Shown here: positions 11,350 to 26,100 of the stretch, piece by piece
How the letters are laid out: each line of letters begins with the position of its first letter
How positions within the stretch are numbered: position 1 is the first letter of the stretch
Source: the human T2T-CHM13v2.0 reference genome, Homo sapiens
Length of the DNA: 64,000 bases
NCBI RefSeq assembly: GCF_009914755.1
Contig: NC_060933.1
Reading direction: 5' to 3' (one strand)
The notes under the pieces: generated by a model
The model's database searches: none
Seen by the model: only the letters and a program-made list of their open reading frames with translations
What the model was told of the DNA's origin: nothing
Translations under genes and position numbers: made by a program

Positions 11350-13060
11350 ACCCCTTACCATCTCATTAAAACCTAATCACCTTTACCCCGCTCAATGCCA
11401 ATATCCCATCCCACAGCATGCTTTGAAATGATTAAAGCCTGTTATCACTTGCCTGCTACAGCATGGCCTTTTAAAGCCTATAAACTCTCCTTACAATTCC
11501 CCCATTTTACCTGTCCTAAAACCAGACAAGCCTTACAATTTAGTTCAGGATCTATGCCTTATCAACCAAATTGTTTTGCCTATCCACCCCATGGTGCCAA
11601 ATCCATATACTCTCCTATCCTCAATACCTCCCTCCACAACCCATTATTCTGTTCTGGATCTCAAACATGCTTTCTCTACTATTCCTTTGCACCCTTCATC
11701 CCAGCCTCTCTTCGCTTTCACTTGGACTGACCCTGACACCCATCAGGCTCAGCAAATTACCTGGGCTGTACTGCCACAAAGCTTCACAGACAGCCCCCAT
11801 TACTTCAATCAAGCCCAAATTTCTTCCTCATCTGTTACCTATCTCAGCATAATTATCATAAAAACACACGTGCTCTCCCTGCTGATTGTGTCCGATTAAT
11901 CTCCCAAACCTCAATCCCTTATAAAACAACTCCTTTCCTTCCTAGGCATGGTTAGTGCGGTCAGAATTCTTACACAAGAGCCAGCACCATGCCCTGTAGC
12001 CTTTCTGTGCAAACAACTTGACCTTACTGTTTTAGCCTAGCCCTCATGTCTGCGTGCAGCGGCTGCTGCCGCCGTAATATTTTAGAGGCCCTAAAAATCA
12101 CAAACTATGCTCAACTCACTTTCTACATTTCACATAACTTCCAAAATATATTTTCTTCCTTATACCTGATGCATATACTTTCTGCTCCCCGGCTCCTTCA
12201 GCTGTACTCACTCTTTGTTAAGTCTCCCACAATTACCATTGTTCCTGGCACGGACTTCAATCCGGCCTCCCATATTATTCCTGATACCACACCTGACCCC
12301 CATGACTGTATCTCTCTGATCCACCTGACATTCACCCCATTTCCCCATATTTCCTTCTTTCCTGTTCCTCAGCCTGATCACGCTTAATTTATTGATGGCG
12401 GTTCCACCAGGCCTAATCGCCACACACCAGCAAAGGCAGTCTATGCTACAGCACAAGCCACTAGCCCGCCTCTTAGAACCTCTCATTTCCTTTCCATCGC
12501 GGAAATCTATCCTCAAGGAAATAACTTCTCAGTGTTCCATCTGCTATTCTACTACTCCTCAGGGATTATTCAGGCCCCCTCCCTTCCCTACACATCAAGC
12601 TTGAAGATTTGCCCCCACCCAGGACTGGCAAATTAGCTTTACTCAAAATCCCTGAGTCACAAAAACTAAAATACCTATTAGTCTAAGTAGACACTTTCAC
12701 TAGATACGTAGAGGCCTTTCCTACAGGGTCTGAGAAGGCCACCGCAGTCATTTCTTCCCTTCTGTCAGACATAATTCCTCAGTTTAGCCTTCCCACCTCT
12801 ATGCAGTCTGATAACAGACCAGCCTTTATTAGTCAAACCAGCCAAGCATTTTTTCAGGCTCTTAATATTCAGTGACAGACTAATAGTCTATTAAAAACAC
12901 ACATCACCAAGCTCAGCCACCAACTTAAAAAGGACTGGACAATACTTTTACCACTTTTGCTTCTCAGAATTCAGGCCTGTCCTCAGAATGCTACAAGGTA
13001 CAGCCCATTTAAGCTCCTGTATAGATGCTCCTTTTTATTAGGCCCCAGTCTCATTTGACA
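11350..13060 (+). pseudogene. HERV-H pol remnant (RT, RNase H and IN fragments, multiply deleted)
   Basis: YSVLDLKHAFSTIPLHP...FAFTW...WAVLPQSFTDSPHYF RT motifs in ORF 11576-11899; no YxDD motif follows; stops and frameshifts throughout. Confidence 0.9.
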
Positions 13061-13524
13061 CCAGACCAACTTAGACTGTGCCCCCAAAAAACTTGTCATC
13101 CCTACTATCTTTTGTCTAGTCATACTCCTATTCACCGTTCTCAACTACTCATACATGCCCTGCTCTTGTTTACACTGCCGGTTTACACTGTTTCTCCAAG
13201 CCATCACAGCTGACATCTACCTTTTATACCTGTTTTTCTCCTTCTCTTATTCCATTTAGTTTTTCAATTCACACAAAACCGTATCCAGGCCATCACCAAT
13301 CATTCTATACGGCAAATGTTTCTTCTAACAACCCCACAATATCACCCCTTACCACAAGACCTCCCTTCAGCTTAATCTCTCCCACTCTAGGTTCCCACGC
13401 CGCCCCTAATCCCGCTTAAAGCAGCCCTGAGAAACATCACCCATTCTCTCTCCATACCACCCCCCAAAAATTTTCGCCACCCCAACACTTCAACACTATT
13501 TTGTTTTATTTTTCTTACTAATAT

Positions 13525-13537
13525 AAGAAGGCAGGAA
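13525..13537 (+). other. Polypurine tract
   Basis: AAGAAGGCAGGAA directly before the 3' LTR. Confidence 0.9.
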
Positions 13538-13990
13538 TGTCAGGCCTCTGAGCCCAAGCCAAGCCATCACATCCCCTGTGACTTGCACGCATACACCCAG
13601 ATGGCCTGAAGTAACTGAAGAATCACAAAAGAAGTGAATATGCCCTGCCCTACCTTAACTGATGACATTCCACCACAAAAGAAGTGTAAATGGCCGGTCC
13701 TTGCCTTAAGTGATGACATTACCTTGTGAAAGTCCTTTTCCTGGCTCATCCTGGCTCAGAAAGCACCCCCACTGAGCACCTTGCGACCCCCACTCCTGCC
13801 CGCCAGAGAACAAACCCCCTTTGATTGTAATTTTCCTTTACCTACCCAAATCCTATAAAATGGCCCCACCCTTATCTCTCTTCACTGACTCTCATTTCGG
13901 ACTCATCCCACCTGCACCCAGGTGAAATAAACAGCTTTATTGCTCACACAAAGCCTGTTTGGTGGTTTCTTCAGACGGACGCGCATTAAA
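13538..13990 (+). mobile_element. 3' LTR7
   Basis: Colinear with the 5' LTR (about 12 substitutions and no indels by manual count); AATAAA 13926-13931. Confidence 0.97.
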
Positions 13991-14968
13991 GTTATCATTT
14001 TTATGGTGAGAATACTTTAGATCTACTCTCTTAGGATTTTTCAAGAATACAATCTATTAATAACTATAGTCATCATGTTATACAATGGATGCCTTGAATC
14101 TATTCCTCCTGTCTAACTGAAATTTTGTATCCTTTGACCAACATCTCCCCGCCAACTAGTCCAGCCCCTGGTAACCACCATTCTACTCTCTTCTTCTATG
14201 AGATCATTTTTTTTTTTTTTTAGATTCCACATAAGTGCAATCATGTAGTATTTATCTTTTTGTGCCTGGCTTATTTCATTTACCATAATGTTTTCCAAGC
14301 TCATCCATGTTGTCACAAATCACAGGTTTCATTCTTCTTTAAGGCTGAATAGTATTCTACTTACATGAATAAGTGCATACACACCACATTTTTTATGCTA
14401 AAGATCTACTCTCAGGGAAGTGCACCAGGACACCCTTTACCTCTCAACACACTGTTTTGAAGTACAGGGTATGTATATGTATCATTCAAGGTAGGACTAG
14501 CTTCTGAAGGACGTGGAAAATTAACATATTGATTAAGTTGTACTCATAGAATATCTAAAAGTACTTGCCAAGCTCACATGGAAGCACATAATAAAAAGAA
14601 CAACAGAATATATACCAAAGTTAGCTTCCTCTAGGAATTAGGTGTCCTCTGAGAAAGAATTTCAGGATGGTTGATTTGAGATGATTTCTGTTCACTTTCT
14701 TTAGAAGAGAACTGTTATTTTATAATGTTGTTTGTTTTCTGAAAGGATAGTTATGCACAACATTAAAAAAAAAGAAGTGGAGATCCGTACACCAAAAACT
14801 GTTGATTTCAGAACAATTGAATCATTTATTTTGTCTTGAAAAGAGTAAAATGCTAGCTCAAGAAAAATACAAAATAATTTAGAGTAATAAGAGGTAGGAA
14901 AGCCAATCACATCAAATTAAAAATTATTGAAGACTTTAATTCATTCTACTAATAATTTATTGCTTACC

Positions 14969-15843
<875 letters not shown>

Positions 15844-17639
15844 TCCATTACTTCTACAGTATAACAGACACCTAACTGGGTCCTGGAAATCATGTAAGAG
15901 AAAAGTTAGGTGAATCCTTTCTTTGAAATTTATAATCTAGTGGCTCAACCCAACTTAGAAATCTCTTCTGCAGTATTTTTGATATGGAATCATATTCTAC
16001 TTCTGTTTAGATATCTCTGGGGACTAAGATCTAGCAGTTATAATTTCTAACACATAGTTGACCCTGCTTATGATTTAGATTTAACTCTAATTTATTGAAA
16101 ACTATTATATACCACTTCTATGTGTTCTCTTGTATGTTTCATCTCATGCATTTGAGCTCATAAATAATACTGTGAGGTGGGTAGTCATTGACCTGTTTTT
16201 AATTTCCAGCTGAGAAAGGTGAGGTTTAAAATAATAATTATAAATGAAAAGAAGAATTATTTAAGAATTAAGCTTTCACAGTGAAACTACCCTACTGTGT
16301 TAGCTGTGCTAATCAAATGAAAATAATGGTGCTGATATTGTTTGAAAAGGAACTTATGCTGTTTTGTAAACAGTAAATAATAGAATTGAATTTCCTTGTA
16401 AACACAAATGCAAGTACTTTATCAATCTTCTACTAAGATTTCATTTGAAGTTTGGCTTAATATAGCTACATTAAGAGCTACATTAAGTAGTTTTTTTTCT
16501 CCATCAGACTAATGCTGCTCTCTAGTCAGAATATCACAAAATCAAATTCCTTCATAGTCCTCAACACACTTTGATTTTTGTATGGTCCTCCCCAACCCCT
16601 CCATGACCACAAAGCAAGAAATCTCCATGTATGCAGGGATTATAGTTGTGTTTTTCTACAGTGACTTTTTCATCCTAGGGCAGATTCTGGATCCCTGTGG
16701 GTGCTCAATAAAGATTTAAATAATTAATACATTACTTTTTAAAATCCTTCAACATAGGATTATAATTGTGTACTTATGAGATTATATTTGTGTACTTATG
16801 AGAACCCCCTCACCCCACCACCCCACTATAGATTTAGTTTCCTGTATGGTATGGACTATGTCCCAATCATGTCTGAATTCCCAGTATTAAGCGCATGGCC
16901 TAGCCTAGAATAACCTCAGTCATTTTATGCTTGCTAATGAAAGAGTCCTCACTGAGAGTATCTATCCTTCTGGCACATCGAGAATACAGACAAAGAATAA
17001 AGCTGTCAACAAAAAAACAGACAGGATTGTGGTAAGGAAGATGGGGCAGAATACATAGAAGAAAAACAGATGATGAATGGGCATTTGTCTGACTGTTATC
17101 ACCTCATGCAGTTCAGCCCTTTTCACCCAGACTTATTCTGGGGCTGTGGAAATTATGCTTGGACTCCAGTTATTTTTAATAAACTATCTTAATGGTAGTC
17201 TTCAGCAGAGCTGAGATTCTCTTCTCCTTTGTCAACCCATCTTCTATCCACTTTACTGAGTCACTTTTTTTCTGGTTCTGATTTATTTGCTCAACATAAA
17301 AAAAAATGTTTTTAGCATCTACCATGTGTCAGACACTTGCAATACTGATGTCACTCAAGTATCAGAAAAGATAACTCTGTTCTCCAGAGTACCAGAGGAC
17401 TTGAGATGAGTTCTCTGACAATTCCATAGCCTGTGAAATCCCCAAGCTTTCGCCACAGTTTCTGCTAATGCCTGAAGATTAATATTCTACTGTCTGTCAC
17501 TTCTTCATCTCCATGTGTGGAATCTTGCTGCATACTTGGTTACAGAAACAAATCTCAGCCATTTTGTGAATCCCTGAAAAGATTCACCTCATATAAAAGC
17601 ATTATTAAAGAGGGGAGAATGTTTTAAATATTTTGTGGA

Positions 17640-18225
17640 GACCTGTGGGACACCATCAAGTGGACCAATATATACATAATGGGAATGCTGGAAGGAGAGG
17701 AAAGAAAAAGGAATAAATATATATATATATTTTTAAAAAATGGCCCCAAAACTTCCCAAATTTGATAAATAAATCTATACATCTAAGAAGTTCAACAAAC
17801 TCCAAGAGTATAAACACAAAGAAATTCATACCAAAAAACATTATAAACTATCAAAAGAGAAAGACAATGGGAGAATATTGAAAGCAGCAAGAAAGAAGTA
17901 ACTCATCATTTACAAGGGATACCGAGTACGATTAATAGATTGTATCTCAGCTGAAACCATGGAGGCCAGAAAGCAATGAGATGACATATTTACAGGGTTA
18001 AAAGGAAAAAGAAAACATATCCAGCAAAAAACTACCTTTTAATAATAAAGGAGAAATTAACACATTTTCAGATTGACAAAAGCTAAGGGAAGTTGTTGCT
18101 AGTAGATCTTCCCTACAAGAAATGCTAAAGAGAGTCCTTCAGATGAAAATGAAAGGACACTAGGCAATACATCAAACAAATAAAAACAGAACCCCGTTAA
18201 ATATAACTACATAGGCAAATATGTA
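17640..18225 (+). mobile_element. Old L1M ORF1 fragment
   Basis: Decayed ORF1p-like translation (DLWDTIKWTNI...ILKAARKK...SAETMEAR). Confidence 0.75.
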
Positions 18226-18229
18226 ATAT

Positions 18230-19660
18230 AACCCAGTTCATTTTGGGGGCTGCTTTAGGGTTTCTGTCCATATATTTTTAATTATTTTTCCCAGAAAATA
18301 GGCCTTACTTTTCTGTTTCTATGTGTTATATTTTTTTGTTGTACTTGAAAACTAGACATTTTGAATATTATAATGTGGTAACTCTGAAAACTAGATTATC
18401 TTTCCCTCCCTAATGTTTGCTGTTGTTGCTTGGTGAGGGCTTGGTTATCCATTTGTTTAATGACTACTCCAGACTATTTTTTATAAAGTCTGTATTTCCT
18501 GTCATGTGTGGTAATTAAAATCTCTGTTCCATTATTTCAGTCATTAGCTAGTGATCTGACAGAGTTTCTTAAATTTCTGGAGCCAAAAAGACAACAACAA
18601 AACTACTCTCTTGGTCTATGCAGGTTGGCTTTGGGCTGAAATAATCATTCAATTCTTTGCCATTGTGTCTACAACCCTGCCTTGGCCCTTACTCCCTATT
18701 TATGCAGAGCTGAAACATCAGCCAGAGGTCCAGACTAGGATCTTTTCACGCCTTTTCCAGCCCTAGGCATGTACATTGCACTTTGGATTTTTTAGTATAC
18801 ATGGTAGCATTTCAAACTCTTATCCCCCTCAAGACTCTTCCTTCTCAGTTACCTCCTTTCTAGGCTGTATGGTCTGTCTACTGATTGCCCCATCTGCCAT
18901 CCTTTGCCCTTGGCATCTACATGTAATATATGTCATTTTTTTTCTTTTTTTGAGACAGAGTCTCACTCTGTCACCCTGGCTGGAGTGCAGTGGTGCAATC
19001 TTGGCTCACTGCAACCTCTACCTCTCGGGTTCAAGTGATTCTCATGCCTCAGCCTCCGCAATAGCTGGGATTACAGTTTCCCACCACCATACCCGGCTTG
19101 TTTATTTATTTATAGATATGGGGTTTTGCCATCTTGGCCAGGCTGGTCTCAAACTCCTGACCACAGGTGATTCACCCACTTTGGCCTCCCAAAGTGCTGG
19201 GATTACAGGCATGAGCCAACGTGCCTGACCTCGTAATAAACATCTTTAATGATTTTGACGTGTGCCACCCACGCTGAGAAAATGAAATAAAGGCAGTAGT
19301 CTGCAATGGTCCCTCAGGGAAGCACCAGACTGGTCAAAATGCACAAGAACAGCTTTTGAAAACAAGGTCTTTGTTGCTGCTTGGCATCATCAAATCACAT
19401 CAGGAATGTGGACCATCATTCCCATGGCTGTCACCTAACTGGTGAAAGGGAAATGGTGAGTAAGCAAAAGCATCATAATGCTTTCTTTTCAGAATTTAGA
19501 AACCACTTTCTTCATTAAGCACCCCTTTGGTTGTATAAATTGTTTATTAGATATAAGGATTATGAAAACACTAATGCTGTCAGTTTTTGCCCACTTAAGA
19601 TACTTTAGTGGAAAAATCAATTCTTAGAGCTCCCTATTTTGTAATTTTCCATGATGCTCA
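18230..19660 (-). mobile_element. Old L1M (L1M4/L1MC-like) 5' region, interrupted by an Alu
   Basis: GAAAACTAGACATTTTGAATATTATAATGTGGTAACTCTG resembles the reverse of the L1M 5'/ORF1-start region. Confidence 0.6.
18936..19230 (-). mobile_element. Alu (S/J)
   Basis: T tail, then GAGACAGAGTCTCACTCTG...GGGATTACAGGCATGAGCC. Confidence 0.95.
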
Positions 19661-20190
19661 CAAATACATAAATACCTCTTGATTCACAGAATTTTCCTGT
19701 AGGATTCTATCCCACTGCTGTACACATGCACATGGCAAAATGATGTTTGTCTATAGTTAGTTATTAGTTTTGACTTTGTTTGTAATAGTGAATGATTAAA
19801 GACAACACCACATTCATTAGTTAAACAAACTAAGGCATATCTATATAATAGAGTATTCTGTAGCTACACAAAAAGGATGAAGATCTGTTTACATTTATAG
19901 AGAAAAATCTCCAAGATATATTAACTAATACAAGCAAGTGTCAGACCAGTGTATATAATATTCTATTTTGTGTGTAAGTTAGGAGCACGCATAGGAATGC
20001 CTGTATATGTGTGTAAAAATCCTTCTGGAACAAGGCCCAAGAAACTAATAAACGGTAACTACCTGTGAAGGGCAGAGAGGGAGTGGGAACTGTGTACATG
20101 GGATAGAGATAACAGGAAGAATTTATACTGTAAACTTCCTTAAACTTGTTAGCGTGACCCATGTGAGTGTACTAATTATCCCCCAAAATA
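19660..20190 (+). mobile_element. Old L1ME-type 3' fragment
   Basis: Decayed ORF2 end and 3'UTR (CCTTCTGGAACAAGGCCCAAGAAACTAATAAACGGTAACTACCTGTG). Confidence 0.55.
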
Positions 20191-20214
20191 AGTTCAAAAT
20201 TCAATAACTTATCA

Positions 20215-21100
20215 TTACCTTTAGGATAAAATCCTAACATCTTTTCATGAGCTTCAAGGCCATGCTTGATCCTACCTCTGCCTTTGCTACCTCATCTTTC
20301 CCCCACTGTCTCCCTATGCAGCATGATGCTATCACATAAGTCAGGTTTTTAATTTTTTTAATTTTTAAATTTTATTTATTTATTTTTGTAGTTGTTTTTT
20401 TCCCAGTTCCTAGAATTTTGCAAATTCTTTTTTCCTCAAGGATTTTATACCTAATCCTTACTCTGCAGGCATGTATATTGCTCTGAAATTCACATGGGTG
20501 GCTTTTTCTTGTCCTTCAGCTCTTAGAGAAATATTTTGCTAAAGCTCTTTGATAGGGCCGGGCACAGTGGCTCACACCTGTAATCCCAGTACTTTGGGAG
20601 GCTGAGTTGGGTGGATCACTTCAGCCCAGGAATTCGAGACTAGCCTGGGTAAGACAGTGAGACCCCATCTCTACAAAAAGTACAAAAATTAGCTGGGTGT
20701 GGTGGCATGCACCCATGTTCCCAGCTACTTGGGAGGCTGAGGTAGGAGGATCAATTTAGACTGGGAGGTCAAGGCTGCAGTAAGCCACAATCATGCCACT
20801 GCACTTTAGCCTGGACAACAAAGTGAGATCTTGTTACAAAAATAAAAAATAAAAATAAAAATAAATACTCCTTCATAGGGAGATTTTCTTCATCCCCAGT
20901 ATTCTCTCTCAGCACACTGTTTTTCTTTGTGTCCTTCATAGTGATTATTCATTTGTTTGCTTTTATTTGCCTTTTTTCCCTACTAAAATCTAAGACACAT
21001 GTCCAAGAATTGTATCAGTCTTGCTTGCTATTGGATCCCATCAGTACGTGGATCAGTACTTGGTCAACTAACATAGTACGTTGAGTGACGGAATGTGTTA
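20215..21100 (+). mobile_element. L2 fragment containing an AluJ
   Basis: GGATAAAATCCTAACATC...CAAGGCC L2-like core and a 3'-end-like tail. Confidence 0.55.
20556..20863 (+). mobile_element. AluJ
   Basis: GGAGGTCAAGGCTGCAG diagnostic; (AAAAAT)n tail; diverged TSD CTCTTTGATAG/CTCCTTCATAG. Confidence 0.93.
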
Positions 21101-23112
21101 ATGGGGGAAGGGGGTTAATTATGTTCTCATATATGGGTGCTTGACTTTTTTAGATTATTTGTCTTTTGGTGCAGATGCTTAGTTGTATTTGTAAAATTGG
21201 GATGCTGAAATGTCTGATCTGTAAGGTCTCCAGAGAGACTTTTCACAATACTTCTGCCTCTTCACTCACAACTATTACACCTATAAAGCTTGACCTTGTT
21301 CTTTTCCGTAGTAAGACAGTGAGCTCCTACTGCTAGCAAAACTTGCCCCACCTCTGGTATCACAGATAGGCAGAAAGTCATTTGTCTTGAACAAGAGCAT
21401 CTTCTGACACTGCACTTGTACCTGCAGAACGTAGCATGCAGTATTGCCTTTTGGTATTTACCCTGTCTGTTTGACCTGAAATAAGGTCTCTATCAATAGG
21501 TAACCAGATTTTATTTTTCCTCCACTTCTTCTCTTATATACAGGGCCCAGGCAGTAATGGATTTCAAAACCCAAATTAAAAATATAGGCCATATAGGTTT
21601 AATATACATATAAACACTTTGGAGCCATTTGGCTCTGAACAAGGGTACTAGCATTGTCCAATAAATTGCTCAACATAGTGAATTTTAGAGAAGACAAAAC
21701 AACAAAACACACGTACACATAAATACACACCCACTTAAAGTTAATACTCTTGTTTCCAAAGTCCAGAGCTCACATGGTTATGGAGGGAGAACAAATTGGA
21801 CACCAGGGACAGGGTTCAGTGCTCTAGCAACCAAGAACAAGGGAGAGAGAACTACCAAGCCCGTCATGTGGTGCCTCAGAAGGCTAACATTCAGAGACCC
21901 GCTAGCTGAGGATGAATTTGTATGCATGAGTACGCTGGCTGAAATGGGGGTGGGAGAGCTAGAACAGGACCATGTGGGGCATGCTGGCTTCCTTCAGTCT
22001 CGAACGACCCATCCCACTTCTTTTGCCTCTGAATCTCTGTTTGGAGCAGCCACTGAGGTGTGCTGTTCACTGGGTGGTTACTAATTTCAGGCTCCAGAGA
22101 CAGTCACATCTAGTGTTCATGGTGCCTAGTTATCTTTTTGACAAGATAGGACTTACCCAGCCATCACGGTGGTGGAAACCATCACAGAATACATTGGATC
22201 AAGCCCCTGCACTTTGCCCAAGGGATGGGCTTGCTTGAGATAAGCCCATTTCTGTTTTCAAATTGGCTGGTGACTTCTCTACCTGACAGTATTCATGTGG
22301 AAAACAGCCCAACTTTCTGCCTCTGGATTGTTCTCTACAAGGAGCTATAAATTCAAGGGCCTTGAAAAAGCAGAGGGCCTTGAGAAAAGCCATCATCCAA
22401 TACTGGATCTTATTAAATGGCAGAAGCATAGGTTTTCTGATCTGATAGATAAGGGTTAGTTCTAGAGCATTGTTATTTCAAGCAAATAGTTTACTTTCTT
22501 CAAGCCTATTTCCACCTTGGTAGAGGAAACATCTTTTTCATAGATCATGATGAAATTTAAATTAGATCACAGTTACAAACACCTGTCTCAATGCTTTATA
22601 TAGTAATTGGCTGTTTTATCCTTCTATAATATACTTTTTTAAAATTAAATCCTGTATTTATTTATAGTGATTGTTACAAAATATTTCAACTGTAGAGAAA
22701 TTGATGTATATTTATACACAGGGGAATGTTATCCACAGAGTCTCTTGAGGATTCTAAAACTGAAATTGCTTTCCTAGGCTCAAAATTCTATCTCTAAAGT
22801 TTGATACCACTTTCACATTTTCTACTACAAAGTAGCATTTTAAATGTACTTGGGCCACACAACCATCAATCACAGTTCTACCACTATGAATTATAGCATT
22901 TTAAAGCTTGTGACAGTGAGTACCGTCATATGTCACATTGTGAAAAACACGAGAATTTCCCGTGCACAGTAGCATAAAGGACTTACCTTCAGCATGTTAG
23001 AAACTGAGCTAGCAATGATTGGACTGTAATCTTATTTTACCTGAACACCTTATATGCCAAAAGTAGAATAATAAAATTAGTGAATGAGAAAGAAATAAAC
23101 AGCATTTCAGGC

Positions 23113-23143
<31 letters not shown>

Positions 23144-26100
23144 GGACATCCTGAGGCCTGTGGGATAGAAACTATCAACCCCAGGCAGCCTGGCTCTGTT
23201 TGACTCCACATCCAGTCCTTGTCAGGCCCTTATCCTAAAGCATTTGTATCTGTTCTCCACTATCTCTTACTGCTTAAGTGAGAAAGTGAGTCTGGATGCA
23301 TAGACAGATGATGAAATTATTTAAGACCAGTTTCTTAGGTAAAAAGGAGGGATGTACCAAGGGCTGACGATTCACATTCTGGGAAAGGTAGACATGAGCT
23401 TTTCTATACACAAGGTGTTGAAAAAGCATCAGGGACTGTAGATCCCAGGATTTGGCAGAAGGGTTATAACAGATGTCAAGTGTCATCACAGTCATTCTGG
23501 CTGGAGGAACTGTACCTAAAGAGTTCACATTCATGGGCTGGTTTCCACTTGCTCTTTCAAATATGGGTAAAGGAATAGAGAGGTGGTTTCCATTCTTTTC
23601 TATTTGTGTATCAAAGGGTGGACTGTTATTGGTGCCTGCTCAGACCTTTGCTGACTTGTGGACCAAGCCTAGAGGAATGAGAGCAGTTGGAAAATACTAC
23701 TACCAGCTACACACATGCAAACTGCAGTGAGCATTCTAGATACCATCTGACCCCTCCTGTGGCCACATGTTCCAGTACTTGTTCATCCTCTCCATTACAG
23801 GGAGACTGTCTACCTGCCTACACACTCCATAGCTCTTAGTGTTATACCGGTCAGCTGCTGATATCCACAGGCAAAAGTCTCAGATAGCCTTTAATTTGGA
23901 GTCAGTTGTAAAGAAATAAAAATTAACAGTTGGTGCCAAATATGTAACATTACTTGAGTTAAGTGATTCACTAATAGCAGAACCATGACATGTTGGTGTT
24001 GGGCTGCACAGGATTCAGATGAGAAGCCCAAGTGTCTTCTGGTATAAATGGGCCAAATGATGTTTTCATTGACGCAGAAAGAAAAGGTAGAGAAAGGGAG
24101 CTGGAAAAGAACAGCAAAATAGCAAAAGAATACAACATGGAGATAATATAATATCAAACTGAAAGGCAGGAATGTAGAGTCAGATTCACCCAGGTTTGAC
24201 TCTGGACTCTGAATTCTGCCACTTACCTGGTTCCCATCATCCTTCAATTCTGAGGTTTCTCAGTTAAATTATTTCTTTGATGATTCCACTAGAAATTATA
24301 ATTAGGTCAGGGCTTAGCACACAACAAATGGATATGCTATTATTATTCTTCATGGTTTTCCATGTAATACTCCCAACTATCTTGTGTGGTAAATATCTTC
24401 TCAATTTTTCAGTTAAGAAAACTAAAGCTTGGAGCCTTTAAATTATTTGTTAAAGTTCATATAGCAAATTTGGTATTGAGATTTGACACTGTGTTCTCTG
24501 AACTCAAAGTCTCTATTTCCCTTAGAATTAACATGTCATTTTGGGACTTACATGTCTGAATTGGAAAGCAGCTGATCTTTTTAGAGATTTGATTGAATTT
24601 ACATGGTATGTGAAATGACTCTGCTCAGTTCAAGGAAGGTGGAATCTGAGCTGATTTTCTCATTTTCTGAACTGAAAAAGTCAGGCACAGTAACCTGAGC
24701 TGGAGAAGGCTTGGGACAGGCAGACAGACACATGGATAGCCCAGGTACTTGCCTCAGGAGGGACCATCTTACCCCTAGGATGGTCTTCTCGACCCACGAC
24801 TCTCTGATATGCTGCCTCCTAGGCTTCCTGACCCACAGTTACAGGACAGCAAATCCCTTCCAGATCTCATTCCAAGGTTAGCTTCACAGACAGGCTGAGA
24901 TCATTCTTTCAGTCCTGGCCTGCTCCACTATGCTGGTAGACATCCCGAATAAATGAGTACATAAATGAACAAGTGAATGACTCCATGGGAACCATGAACA
25001 GAGTCTACATCAAGAAGTTATTTAAGCTTCTGCAAGATGTATCAGTCTGCTACAGAGGAGCAAAATCACCTGCCCATCTGATTGGGCACCAGGGGTGATT
25101 GAGCAACCCTTACATGGGTGATCTCATTGATTTGTGAGTTTCTCTGTTTTATTCTGCTTTTGTATCTCCTTAGAGAGACTATTGCAGGGCTCAGTTTCTC
25201 TATAAACTACCTTTTGGGGATGCATACTATTAACTGCTACAGAGAGACTGATAAAAACGAGAATGGATTTAAAATTAGAGGACTGGGTTTCCAGTTTGCA
25301 ATTCATGGCTGGGTGATGAATAAATTATATAACTACTTTAGATTCTCAATTACATTATGTGATAAATGAGTCTGATTAAAAAAAGAAACCTCTTACTTTA
25401 TAGGGCTTTCTGGGAATTATATAAGGCAGAGGATGAAAAAATTCTTTGTAAATGGAAAAGAGTTTTAAAATTGCTATTTAAAATTTTGGTTCACTTAACA
25501 CTTTGGACTCTGACTGATAGCTATATCTTAATTTAGTCATTTGCTGAAATATTTAGTTCACACAAATTAATTGAGGAACGGCTATGGACTGAGATTAAGC
25601 CTGGGAAAAACATCAAAATATTTCCTGAAAACATGACAATTACATTGCCACCTTGGATTGTGAGATACCTGGGAGACAGGAAAATCATCTGATTTATTCT
25701 TGTGTTCCCATTGTTTGTCCTTGTTCTAACCCTCACACTCAGCATCTCGTGCTTGTCTCATAACTGGCATTTGGAATGTATGAAATCATCTGATGTATTG
25801 AAGATGAAATATCAAATGAACGCCTTAGCCAGGTGTCAAGCCCCTATCTTTTCCATTTAAATAGTCCTTCACCTTCCCAATGTGAACACTTCTGTACAGT
25901 CCCACTGTTCTTAAATACCAAGGCCTTGGCCCACTCCCAATCTTATGTCTTATATCTACATATTCCTACTTTCTGCCTACATAAATGCAATGCGTTATAA
26001 AGGCTCGTGACTTTCTCTATCCAAGAAAATTTCCCTTATCTTTTCTTCCAAGCTCCTAGTACCTTGAAATTCTAGATTTGATAATTCAACTCTCAAATGC

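Larger units (their letters stand above)
8250..13990 (+). mobile_element. HERV-H provirus (LTR7-int-LTR7), common internally deleted ~5.7-kb type
   Basis: Two 453-bp direct repeats (TGTCAGGCC...CATGAAA / CATTAAA) flanked by the 5-bp TSD GTTAT (8245-8249, 13991-13995); His PBS, gag CCHC motifs, protease and RT remnants, PPT; C-rich composition typical of HERV-H. Confidence 0.98.
8100..14394 (-). mobile_element. L1MA-type 3' fragment split by the HERV-H
   Basis: 8100-8249 and 13996-14394 rejoin as a continuous L1 3' end; minus-strand ORF2 C-terminus (WMSLENIMVNEISQAQKDKYYM); TSD-like ATG(A)CTAAAGAT on both sides. Confidence 0.8.

Noticed and set aside
18776-19228. 150-aa ORF and similar ORFs at 33785, 36818, 44700 and 53266
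   Set aside because: Typical antisense-Alu translations
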